Assembly (NCBI GenBank): GCA_964016885.1
Contig: OZ024750.1
Location: forward strand, 4,774,001 to 4,838,000
Direction of reading: 5' to 3'
DNA length: 64,000 bases
Origin: Eledone cirrhosa
Lineage: Eukaryota
In this document: piece after piece, positions 12,611 to 24,790 of the stretch
Position numbering within the stretch: position 1 is the first letter of the stretch
How the letters are laid out: each line of letters opens with the position of its first letter
Notes under the pieces: model-generated
Told to the model about the DNA's origin: nothing
Database searches by the model: none
Seen by the model: only the letters and a program-made list of their open reading frames with translations
Made by a program: the position numbers and the translations under genes

Positions 12611-13362
12611 CCCAGCTACAAGAAATATATATATATATAAGATATAACATAACCTAATATGCCATGACACCCAGCCAGGTTTCTAGAACAATCCAAATAG
12701 TATTTGTCCTTTGGAACAGAACTTATGTAAATTCATGAATCATTAAATGCTATGTCAGGACATGAAAACAGTGAGTTTGTTTACATGTAATCAGATTGTG
12801 AGAATCAATGCCAAAACATCCAGCAAAAATAGATAATAAACAAAATAATTATAATTGCTTAGAAGACACATAATTTATTAATCTATAATGTACAGCTGAT
12901 GTGAAGGTGGAGGGGTACTGTACAGCTGGTGGTGAAGGGGGGGTTTATTGTACAGCTAGTAGTAAGGGGAGAGTTTATTGTAGTTGATGTGAGGGGAGAG
13001 TTTATTGTATTGATGTGAAGGGAGAGTTTATTGTATTGATATGAGGGGAGAGTTTATTGTATTGATATGAGGGGAGAGTTTATTTTACAGCTGGGGATGA
13101 AGGAAGAGTTTACTGTATAGTTTATGTGAGGGGGGAGTTTATTGTACACTTGATATGAGGGGAGAGTTTCTTGTAAATATGAAGGTGAGAGGGGAGTCTA
13201 TTGGGTTACATCTCACCAGGTCATGAACTATTAAAGTTTCTCTAATAATTAGATTCTGACCCCTTTTATAACAAATCAGAATCATATCATGAGACATGTA
13301 GTCAACCTCTGTTGCTGAAAATAACTGCTGTCCACTACGTTTGCAGTAAAGTATTTAGTTAT

Positions 13363-14029
13363 TTAACCCATTATCATTTACATTACAGAAGGCACATGGC
13401 TGAGTGGTTAGAGCATTGGGCTTGCAATCGAAAGGTTGTGAGTTCAATACTCAGACTGGGTGATGTGTTGTTTCCTTGAGCAAGACACTTTATTTCACAT
13501 TGCTCCAGTTTACTCAGCTGTAGAAATGAGATGATAGGACAGGGGTCCCTATCATTCCACTGCAAAGTGGTTGTGGAGGTGCCACGGCAAAAAAGCACCC
13601 AGCCCACACTGTAAAGTGGACGTGTAGGCGCCATGGAAAAAAGCACCCAGCATTCACTGTAAATGAGGTTGGTGTTAGGAAGGGCATCCAGCTGTAGAAA
13701 TCAAGCCAGAATCAGTTCCCGTATGAGCAAGACAAGGTAAGCCGACCGGACACTGCCCACAACAGGTCAACCCGTCTAACCCATGCTAGCGTGGAAGAAC
13801 GGATGTAAAAACAGTGATGATGATGATGATGATTTTTCAACATTTACTATTTCATTTGCATGGTAAACTCTTTATCTCATATAATATCGAATCTTCGAGA
13901 TTTTGATATTTATTTATTTTAAGAACAATACCTTAACGTAAGTATGAGCAGTCAGTTATGGCTGGTTTGAACAGAAAGCAGTGAGAGAATTCTGGACGGA
14001 TATGGCCAGTTTAAATGCTAATGGGTTAA
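13363..14029. mobile_element. MITE family A split by a nested tRNA-headed SINE (~13387-13833)
   Basis: Left end TTAACCCATTATCATTTACATTAC, then SINE head TGGCTGAGTGGTTAGAGC..GAGTTCAATAC, CORE-like CCTTGAGCAAGACACTTT and (GAT)n tail. The MITE body then resumes to ATGGGTTAA. Confidence 0.7.
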
Positions 14030-15221
14030 ATTACATCTAACAATTTATCTAACAGTGAATGCACACATCCTAAAGGTTTGGGTGCTGGGCTTAGAATCAC
14101 AATGTCAGAGGTTCAATTCCCGAACCGGGTGGCAGCATATTGTGATCTTAAGCAAAACACTTTGTGTCCTATTGGTCCAGTCAAATCAGCTAAAGATAAG
14201 TAGCATTTAATGTCAATGATTAACAAAAGTTCATGGTACTTTCATGATAAACCTCAAGGCTGGGGAAACACTTCAACGTTTAAAAAAATATATATCTGTG
14301 TGACACTACCATGTTCAAACATTACAGAGTGCACTGGGTGCATTTTATTGTGGCACCAGAACTAATACTTTACAGAGTGTACTGGGTGAATTTTGTGGCA
14401 CTAGAACTAATACTTTACAGAGTGTACTGGTACATTTTATTGTGACACCAGAACTATATACTTTACAGAGTGTACTGGGTGCATTTTATTGTGACACAAG
14501 AACTAATACTTTACAGAGTGTATTGGGTGTATTTTATTGTGGCCCCCCAATGTCCGAGAGATTGTCAGGTACTCAATGGGACCAGAAGTGCTTCTATACT
14601 TTATATTGCCTTAGTTTGTTCACACATCACATTACAGATGGAGGGCTCCATGTGAAACAAATACCAGGGATGCTGTTTTGTCCAGTGAAGGCGAAAGAGA
14701 CCTCTCCACTCCATGTAGTCTCAGGTCTTGGGACTTCTTGACTGTAAAGTAAACTTCTTAACTAGACAGCCATGACTGCATCTATTCTATTAATACAAGC
14801 AAAATGAGTAACATCTTACTGAAATGTTCTACACCCTCGAAAGTCTGATATTTCTATGAGAAGAACATAATTATTCTATTTCATAACATTACCAGAACAT
14901 TCCAGACAGTTAAGTAAATGTTATATAGAGTTTTAGTAAACAATTTACTATTTTTGTCATCTTAAGCAACAAATATACTTTTTCTTATATTTGAACATCC
15001 TTTGGTGGTGGGGGGCTGTTGTACAAATAACTACATACCATGTATTATTCTTAGTGAAAGGGAAAAATGTCCGAGATGTTGATTTTGTAGGCACGACCAA
15101 TATTTCCTAGTTTATTCTAAAACCCATAGCGGTAAAATGGATGAATAATTAGTTAATAGGTTCAAAACAGTAAAAGGGAGGGGTTTTTTTTTTGTATTTT
15201 TGTTCCTTTTAATATACCAAT

Positions 15222-15500
15222 AGGTGGTGAATTGGCAGAGTCGTTAGAACGCTGGATAGAATGCTTTATGGTATTCGTTCCAGCTCTCTGAGTTCAAATC
15301 CCGCCGAAGTCAACTTTGTCTTTCATCCTTTTGAGGTTGATAAAATAAAAGTACCAGTCTAGTACTGGGGTTGATTCTTCCTCTATACCGCTTTCTCATT
15401 TTCTTCTCTCTCTCTTTATATCTTTCTCTGGAAGACCTGGAGAGGGATGAGCTCCACCAGGCTCAAAATGCCCAAGAAACACTGTATGTCAATACAGCGC
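15222..15500 (+). mobile_element. SINE family 1 variant with extended 3' body (reverse copy ~20760-20925)
   Basis: TGGCAGAGTCGTTAG A box, GAGTTCAAATCC B box, CTTTCATCCTTT body. Confidence 0.7.
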
Positions 15501-16014
15501 CTCTATGACTCAATCAGGAGTTACAAGATAAGAGAGAAACCAAATAGGTGGTGAATTGGCAGAGATGTTAGAGTGTAAGACAAAATACTATACAATATTT
15601 ACTGTCTGTGCTCTGAATTCAAATCTTGTTGAGGTCAGACTTTCTTTTTGTTGATAAGATAAGCAACAGTTCAAGATGGTGAATTGCTGGAGTTGCTTAT
15701 GTCAAACAAGATCCTATGATCTGAGTTCAAATCTTACCGTGGCTAAATTATGAGCCAACCTGAATACATTGCCCAGTTTAACAAAACCACATGGCCCTTA
15801 AGATGGGGAGGTTTTAGTGGTGTTCATTAAATCCAGATTTCATAAACCTGTAATTAATTGAAGTGTAACCATAGATTTGTGGCTCTGTTCAAACATGTTT
15901 AGAGGACATTTCCATAAATTAAATGTAATAAATCTATCATCACCATCATTCCCTGAGACAGAGCTCAGATTACTTACTTTGTACCAATTTGTAATGAGTT
16001 ATTATTTTACATTT

Positions 16015-16270
16015 TAACGTGCAAGTGGCTGAGCATTCCACAGACAGACACACATACCCTTAACGTAATTCTCAGGGAGATTCAGCATGACACAGTATGT
16101 GACAAGACAGGCCCTTTGAGTTGCAGGTCAAACTCATTATCTTCTAACTGAATGGACAGGAACAACATGAAACAAAGTGTCCTGCTCAAGGAGACAATGA
16201 GTAACTGGGAATTGAACACACAGGCTGACGTTTGTGGGCAGAACACCCTAACCACTAAGCTACATGCCTT
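16015..16270 (-). mobile_element. Long tRNA-derived SINE family 3 (other pieces ~16900-17070, 47100-47430, 54490-54640)
   Basis: Minus-strand head GTAGCTTAGTGGTTAGGGTGTT..GTTCAATTCC; shared body CTTAACGTAATTCTCAGGGAGATTCAGC. Confidence 0.65.
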
Positions 16271-16379
16271 CATTAATTTCTTGTAAGCATGACAGAAAGA
16301 TAAGAGATTTTAACGTCGTTTACGTCATGACAAACATTTTTAAAGAGTGTATCAGAAATGATCAGACATCTCTCTCACA

Positions 16380-16426
<47 letters not shown>

Positions 16427-17719
16427 TATTTCTGGAAGAAATCCCGTCCAACCCTTACTAACAGGGAAAATGGATGTCAAACGGTAGTGATGATGAAAGT
16501 CATTGGTTATGTTACATGGTGAGAGACAATAGAAACAAGATAAACAGGTTTGGTCACTTGTAACACGCATGCATATATGTACATAGACGCATATATACAC
16601 ACACACACACACATATATATGCACCTACATACACTCAAACATACACATATAGACATGTGCACATACATATACACACCCAAACACATTTACACAGTTTAGT
16701 TAAACACTGGAAGTTGACAATTCTATAAATAAAAAGTATGTTTAAAATATCCTTCTACCAAAAAGAGCCATATTTTAAGTAAAGAGAGTGAAGGAATGGA
16801 TTGGTTCTGAATTGTAATAAAATATTGCCTCAAAAAATGCCATCCAACCCATACTAGCATGGAAAGACAAATATATAACTAACATCATAATTGTTGGCAT
16901 GGGTCAGTCAATTTTGATGCGAAGTGTTTCAGTTGTTTGCTCAATGAAACAGCCTGCTCATGGTTGTGCATTTCACAGACATGTATACTCTTAACGTAAT
17001 TCTCAGGGAGATTCAGCATATCACAATGTCTGACATGGCTGGCCCTTTGAATTATAAGTGCAGTCCATCTGTCAGGCTTCTAAATAGTTTCTGTCTACCC
17101 AATTCCACTCTGAAGAATTGGGTCAACCTGACATTTGCCAAAAGTACCATGCATCTATCTTTATAAATGTCTTTCAAAGCCACTTTCGATCATGATTGGG
17201 GTTTGTACCTGAAAAGTTCCTCACTATGGCACAAGCCTGGACAAGGTGTTTTGTAGAAGACCAACAGTTGCCCAGTCTTCCCGTCTCCACACCACCGATA
17301 TCCAAAAGAAAGAAAGAAAAATGTCAATATATCTTGGCACCAGTGTTGCCACAACTCATTTCTACAGCTGAATGAACTGGAGCAACATGAAATAAAGTGT
17401 CTTACCCAAGGACACAATGCATTGCCCTGTCTATAAATCAACCAGTCATGAACCAAACATACTAACCACCAAGACGGGTGGCTTCACAACCTTTTTAAAT
17501 AAATCATAACTGTACAAGATGATAGAGTGACAATTTTCTACGATTTATTAGTCAGTAGGTTTGTTTGTTTATTTTTAATGTTTTAACTGAGAACAGATGA
17601 CAAGTGTGTGTCATACAAGAGAGAGAACGTCCTAGAGTTAATGATGATGATGATGATACATTGATATTAGCAATGAGTCATCCATCATAAATTATATCAC
17701 CTGCATTCTGTTATTTGTA

Positions 17720-18052
17720 GTTAAATCATCTGTTGTCTATCATATCAATCTCTTAAGCCATCTGTTGTCTACCATATCAGTCTGTTAAGTCATGTTGTTT
17801 ATCAATCTCTTAAGACATTTGTTGTCTACCATATCTATCTGTTAAGTCATCTGTTGTCTGCCATATCTATCTGTTAAGTCATCTGTTGTCTGCCATATCT
17901 ATCTGTTAAGTCATCTGTTGTCTGCCATATCTATCTGTTAAGTCATCTGTTGTCTGCCATATCTATCTGTTAAGTCATCTGTTGTCTGCCATATCAATCT
18001 GTTAAGTCATCTGTTGTCTGCCATATCAATCTGTTAAGTCATCTGTTGTTAA
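17720..18052. repeat. 32-bp minisatellite, ~10 units
   Basis: Unit GTCATCTGTTGTCTGCCATATCTATCTGTTAA. Confidence 0.9.
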
Positions 18053-19599
18053 GTGGCTTAAACAGCACCAGCGCCTAAAAACTTAAATTTACACTTCAAT
18101 GATTATTAAAAAAAGGTAAGGGAGGGAGCTGATTGTCAGATTGGACCAGGAAACAATGTTTCCATTAGTTTTTCCATGGCTGATATTATCTAACAGTTGC
18201 AAATTTTGGCAGAAGAAAGAAACATAGTCAGATCAGACCAGAAAAATCATGGATAATACTATCTGCTGGTTTCAACTCCTGGAATGTACAACACTAGATC
18301 ATATATCCCCAAACATCTCCTCTCACTCTTAAACTGCTCTGCTAATCTGCCACCTCTCTACTGTAGCTGAACTCAACCCATCCCATCCCAGGTGAACAAC
18401 AAGTAGGAAAAGATTCAGCCACTCCCTCTGCACTTCTAACTGTAAACAATGTCATGATTCACATCATACAAAATAAAATTGAACATTTTTTCTTCTGTTG
18501 AATAATAAATCTTATTTTAACTTTTAAAAAATGAGCAAAAACAAAATTTCTATAAAAAAAATACTACTGCCTCCAAGTTATCATTAGTTACCAAACCACC
18601 TGAAAACACCCCCCAGTTCTATGACACAAGATTGCTTGTTTTAAAGTGTTTATCTGCTTTATCCATGGCAAATTTCTGCAGCTGGGTACCTTTCCTGGTG
18701 CCAACCCATACATCTCAGGATGGTAAGAGATTCACCAATTTAACAGATTCACCAACTTAACAATGTTCTGGAGATGAAGACATAGATAAACACACACAAA
18801 CAATGGGCTTCTACAGAGTTTCAGCCTACCAAATTCACTCACAAGGCATCGGTCGGTCCAAGATTTAGATGACATTTTTCATTAAAACAAACCAAATAAA
18901 GTGTTTTGTTTTTGTTTTTTTAAAAATTTGGTTGAAAAACTAAACTAAATGGCTTCTGTTTGTGAGAAAATGGATGAAAAGTTATCTGGTTATACTGTGG
19001 GGAGGCTGTGATTAAGAAGATTAAATATTTCACAAATACCAATATGGTTGTGTGGTTCAGGAGTTTACTGTACAACCACAATACCTTGTGGTATTGGATT
19101 CAGTCCTACAGAATGGCATCTTGGGCTCCTGCTGACAAATGGCGTGAGAGTGAAATTTGATGGAAGAGTGGCAGGAAACAGTGTATGAGGAATGTTGGCT
19201 GACCAGCTTTAACTTACATCGACCAACTCTGTAGAGAGTCAGGATGCTCCCCTAATGACCTACCAACACTTACATTTGATCGTAATGGATGGCATGCTAG
19301 ATTCATGAATGTCCGAGGAAGTTTGAACAGATGATGATGATGATGATGATGAGTGTGTACGTTTACATGAAAGAGAGAAAGAGAGAGAGGGTGGAGGACA
19401 AGTATACACAGCATGCAAAGAGGCTGAAAGAAGGAAGTTTGCCAATGTCTTACAACATGATGATCAAAGAGAAGAGGAGAGGTGTTCTGCATCGTAAGGC
19501 AGTGTATAAGTGTGAATCAGGAAGTTGTTGAGGAAAAGTGTGTTCAAAATGAAGCAGGTGCAAAGAGGCCTGGAAATGCTGTTATAAAAGGTTGATGAA

Positions 19600-20430
19600 T
19601 GTGAAGAATGAGTGAGAGGAAGAGCGAGACTACCCCCAACTGACCCAACAGAGAAACCTGTTATCAAAATTGACAGTTATAGGTTCAAAGAAGCAATTAA
19701 GGAGATAGTCACCGACATGTTGAAAGCATCTGAGGAAGTAGAAGCTGAACTAATCACCTGCATAATTAATCAGGTAATACAGGACAGGGTTGTACCTAAT
19801 GACGAGAACATCAATATAATCATTAATTGCTACAGGGGCATAAAACTAATGGACCAAGTTATGAAAGTGACAGAAACAGTTCTAGCACAACTAATTAGGG
19901 AAAGAGTTGAACTGGATGAGATGCAGTTTGGTTTAGTGCCAGGGAGAAGTACTACAGGTGCCCTCTTCCTAGAGGACAACTGCAAGAGAAGTTCCTAGCT
20001 AAGAGTAAGCCCCTATATTTAGCTTTTGTTGATCTAGAGAAAGCCTTTGACAATACATCGATTTCCCATTTCCTTAAGGAAACTGGGTGTATAAAAAATG
20101 TCTTGTGGGAGCAGTGCAAGTCATGTACAGAGGAACTGTTAGTAAAGTGAGAGTAGGAAGTGAGTTTAGTGAAGACTTCAAAGTACCGGTAGGAGACTGT
20201 GATGGTACAGACATGTTATACGCATGGATAATGATCGCTGGGTGAAGAAGTGCCAAGAAATCCTAGTGGAAGGAAGCCACAGAAGAGGAAGACCTGGACG
20301 GAAATTGTGAGAAGTGATCTTAAATCGCTGAAGCTCAGAGAGGAGATGACAAAGGGCTGCAATGAGTGGAGAAATGCAGAGTTGAAAAGGACACATCCAA
20401 CCCATGTAAATGTGGAAAAACAGATGTAAA
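19600..20430 (+). mobile_element. RTE-clade LINE remnant: RT N-terminal half joined by internal deletion to the 3' end
   Basis: YRGIKLMDQVMKVTETVLAQLIRERVELDEMQFGLVPGRSTT; frameshift; QLQEKFLAKSKPLYLAFVDLEKAFD; then WYRHVIRMDNDRWVKKC..RGRP. Confidence 0.9.
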
Positions 20431-20540
20431 ATTAAGTGCTGGTGGTCAATAAATTTGGTTAAATCCTTTTAAAAAACAAGGTGCCGCCCCAGCATAGCAA
20501 CAGTCTAACAACTGAAAAGAAGTGTGTTTAAAATTTATTT

Positions 20541-21026
20541 TTATCCCTTTCATTACCATATTTCTAATAAAAGACACTGCCTAGGATTATCAAATCATCC
20601 TGAAATTAATAAAGACTTATGGAGGAATTTACTAATATAACTTTCTCATTGTTAAGCTGGAGTTTTGAACATAAATGTTCTTTCAAAAATTTCTAATGGT
20701 CAGTATTTAGATAAATATGGTATGGTACCATAACTCCTGATGGAATCATGGGGAGCACCATATTGACATACAGCATTTCTAGGGCGTTTTAAAACCTGGC
20801 AGAGCCCATCTCTTCTCCAGGTCTGAATATAGCACATTTCTTCCAAAGAGAGATAGAGAGTGAAAGAATAGAAGTGAGAAAGAGACAGAGGAAGAATCTA
20901 TTCCCCAGTATTAGACTGGTACTTTTTTATAACCTTGGCTAGATAAATATAAACACTTTAAAACAGTTTTGTATCATAAAACCAAGAGGAGGAGGTTTCA
21001 GGATAACTAGTATCAAAAAGGTTTAA
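20541..21026. mobile_element. piggyBac-type MITE family B (interrupted). Other copies or ends at ~350-532, 1960-2052, 27868-28099, 58360-58614
   Basis: One end CCCTTTCATTACCATATTTCT / AGAAATATGGTAATGAAAGGGTTAA; other end TTAACCCTTT(T)GATAC-like. Confidence 0.55.
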
Positions 21027-21241
21027 CCCTTTAGCATTTACATTAAACTACTATTGTATTTTTGTGGTAAAGGCTTTATCTCACATAATATTAAATCTAC
21101 AAGATTTTGATTATGTTATTATTTATTTTGAGAACAATACCCTAACGTCACTATGAGTGGCCGCAGGTTAAGGCCAGTTTGAACAGAAAGAGGTGAGAGA
21201 ATTCTTGCCGGATACGACCTGTTTAAATGCTAAAGGGTTAA
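21023..21241. mobile_element. piggyBac-type MITE family A, full length
   Basis: TTAA-CCCTTTAGCATTTA ... TAAATGCTAAAGGG-TTAA: 14-bp TIR starting CCC with TTAA target duplication. Confidence 0.85.
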
Positions 21242-22015
21242 ATAAATCTATTCAGTTTAATAGACATTAGAATAAAAAGGAAAAGAGAGGAGTTCAGAAG
21301 CCGGATGAACACACCTTTATTCCACCCACCCCAGTGGCTATATTGTTTGGGTACATCATCATGCAGACTTCATAAAAAGATATTATTCAAATAATAAGCT
21401 GGTTACTAAACAGGAAATACTTTCTTCTTTTCACAAGTAGACCATTGTTAAAGTTGCTGGTCTTTTACACTTTATTTTTATTTTTATTTATGATAAATTT
21501 AGACTAATAATTGAGTGGGGGGTATCTATTTTAGTAAGATAAGCCAGCTTTTCAATAAGAGAATAAATATATATATATATATATATATATATTTAATACA
21601 TTAAAAGAGAATGCTTTAAGCGATACTCTGACCAACTCCATCTCACTCAACAAACATTAGGATATACCTAAGTATAATCCCAATTTAGTGTTTGGGGTGC
21701 TAACTATAGTATTCCGTGGATAGTTGGTTGTATTATTTTATATGAGACATAATTAAATACATCTCTCTTTCCTTCCATACGATCATTTCGTTATAAGATT
21801 TCTACAAGTTGGGATAATGTCCAGGTTATGTAGAAACTTGTATATAATCCATAGGTATACACACAAGTGGGCCCTTATAACTCATCAGTGGATGCCCATG
21901 CAATATCGATATAAAAAACTACATCGATATTAATAATTAGTGATGGTCTCCATCAGTGCTAGAAGGACAGCTCTCTCTCTATATATATATGTATATATAT
22001 ATATATATATGTATA

Positions 22016-22060
<45 letters not shown>

Positions 22061-22545
22061 AGATATATATATATATATGTATATATATATATGGCCTTGT
22101 ACCAAAAGTAGAAACAATTATTAAAATTCGAACCCAGCTGGCCAGAGTACAGACTTTCATTAATCAGTGAGGAAGACGACCTCATGTGGGCCTTAACAAC
22201 AACAACAACAACAACAACAATTACCTCCAAAGATTTACACAGCTTCCTCTCAGTAGCTGAGAATGTAAATATTGTAGCAATACAAGAGAATCTGTGCAGG
22301 TTTTCTTGATTTGAAAACGGTCAACTAATTAGAGAGAGAACTAACGAAGCGTAATCAATAAAAAGCTGCTAAATATGAAGTGAATAGATAAGAGATGTGT
22401 GAATAACTGACAGTCAATTAATGAAGGTGATGAACTTACTTATGTCTGTTATGTCAGATGATGAATATTGGGGAGGGTTGGCATATTGACATACACATAC
22501 ATATATAAGGTGGAAGTTGGCTCACTGACATACACATACATACAT

Positions 22546-22577
<32 letters not shown>

Positions 22578-22657
22578 GGTGGGGAGTTGGTACACTAACA
22601 TACACACATATATATATATATAAGGTTGAGGTTGGCACACTGACATACACACATACA

Positions 22658-22693
<36 letters not shown>

Positions 22694-22771
22694 TATATGG
22701 TTGAGGTTGGCACACTAACATACACACACACATACATACATACATATATATATATATACATATATATATAA

Positions 22772-22936
22772 AATGAGCCAGGATCCCGACAGCTAGTTCT
22801 GAACTAGCTGTCGAAACGGCCGGAGCTCAGCCGTAGGGGTCCTGACTCATTTCCTGTTACCCACTCTACTACCCTAAGTATTGAGTACTCTGGTGCGTTA
22901 TGGTCCACCTGGTATCTTACCACACTTCCTTCATTA
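22772..22936 (+). mobile_element. (TA)n-embedded fold-back element family X (Penelope-like remnant)
   Basis: Homologous to 23339-23533; hairpin GACAGCTAGTTC/GAACTAGCTGTC followed by GAAACGGC..GCCGTA. Confidence 0.55.
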
Positions 22937-23052
22937 TATATATATGTGTGTGTGTGGATGTTGGCACACAGACACAGATGATTATGTATGTTTATATATA
23001 TCTATATATATATATGTAAATCTATGGAGAGAGAGGGAGAAAGATGATGATG

Positions 23053-23104
<52 letters not shown>

Positions 23105-23128
23105 GGAGAAAGATGATGATGATGTGTG

Positions 23129-23167
<39 letters not shown>

Positions 23168-23338
23168 GATGATGTGTGTGTCTCATCATCATTTTATGTC
23201 CACTTTTCCCTACTTGCAAGGGTAGAGAGAGAAAGATGATGTGTGTATATATATATATAGAGAGAGAGAGAAATGATGATGTGTATATATATATATAGAG
23301 AGAGAGAAATGATGATGTGTATATATATATATATATAT

Positions 23339-23530
23339 ATAGGAACCAGTAAGACCCCGACGGCTGAGCTCAAGCCGTTTCGACGGCTAATTGAGTCCAG
23401 AATTAGCCGTCGAAACGGCTTGAGCTCAGCCGTCGGGGTCTTACTGGTTCCTATTACCCACTCTACTACCCTAAGTATTGAGTACTTTGGTGCGTTATGG
23501 TCCACCTGGTTCCTTACCACATTTCCTTCG

Positions 23531-23533
<3 letters not shown>
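23339..23533 (+). mobile_element. (TA)n-embedded fold-back element family X with 54-bp perfect inverted repeat
   Basis: Arms 23339-23392 and 23401-23454, loop GAGTCCAG; flanked by (TA)n on both sides. Confidence 0.7.
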
Positions 23534-23570
<37 letters not shown>

Positions 23571-23749
23571 ATAGAGCACGGGCGCTCTATCTCAAAATTA
23601 TTTTTGAAAAGCATTAGAAATGCACAACCGGTAAAAACTTAAAACCAAAACTGAATACTAACCAATACTTATTACTAATTTTTACTTATTCCTAATTAAA
23701 CTATTTTTCACTGGGAACAATTTGTCAGCATTTTCTTTTCCTTTTACCA

Positions 23750-23784
<35 letters not shown>

Positions 23785-23966
23785 GAGAGAGAGAGAGAGA
23801 GTGAGAGAGAGAGAGAGAGAGATGATGATGTATATATATATAGTTTAATATAATTGTTTCTACTTTTGGCACAAGGCCAGCAATTACCCAGTGCATTACT
23901 GGTACTTTATTTTATATATAGATTAATATAATGATGATACTTTGACACCTCATTCCTACTCATTAC

Positions 23967-24000
<34 letters not shown>

Positions 24001-24307
24001 ATATATGACAACCTTCTTAGTGCTGGTGCCAAGATAAAATGCACCTAGTACATTCTAAAGTGTGCACCATAGCAGGTAAGCAAGATGCAGACCTCCACAC
24101 CCCACCACCCCATCTGATAAGTCAGTGGCTCAGAATAAATACTAATAATAAGTACTAATTTGGTCTATGACAAGCCATCCAAACTTTGCAAGCTGAGAAA
24201 TCAGACTAAGAGCCGAAATAGGACTTTTTCCAACTATACTGAGCATTAAACTAATATCTAGTTTCATTGTATTGTTCTGACGGTTTTTTTTAACCTTGTT
24301 GACTTTG

Positions 24308-24365
<58 letters not shown>

Positions 24366-24369
24366 TATA

Positions 24370-24790
24370 CATAGAGTGGGAACTTAGGAAAGTATATGTA
24401 GAAGAGTGGCTGGCAAGAGCTGTACTAGCTATGTACAGAGATGCAGTCAGCAAGGTTCAAATTAATAATGACTATAGTGAGAAGTTTAGCATGCAGGTTG
24501 GGGTCCACCAAGGCTCTATCTTTAGCCCTCTATAGTTTATTATCATCCTCAAGGCTATAACAGAACGATTTAAAACACGATGTCCTTGGGAACTCCTATA
24601 TGCTGATGATCTAACTCTCATAGCTGAATCTATGGCAGAACTAGAGAAACAATCCCTGACCTGGAAGTATAACCTGGAATTAAAAGGTCTTAAAGTCAAC
24701 TTGGCAAAGACCAAAGTTCTTGTAAGTAGTAAGGAAAACAAGGCCATGATCCCTTCTGGAAAATCGTTCTGCTCAGTGTGTAGGACATCA
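24370..24790 (+). mobile_element. RTE-clade LINE reverse transcriptase fragment
   Basis: EEWLARAVLAMYRDAVSKV...VGVHQGSIFSPL*FIIIL...CPWELLYADDLTLIAES...KGLKVNLAKTKVL (QG and YADD motifs). Confidence 0.92.
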
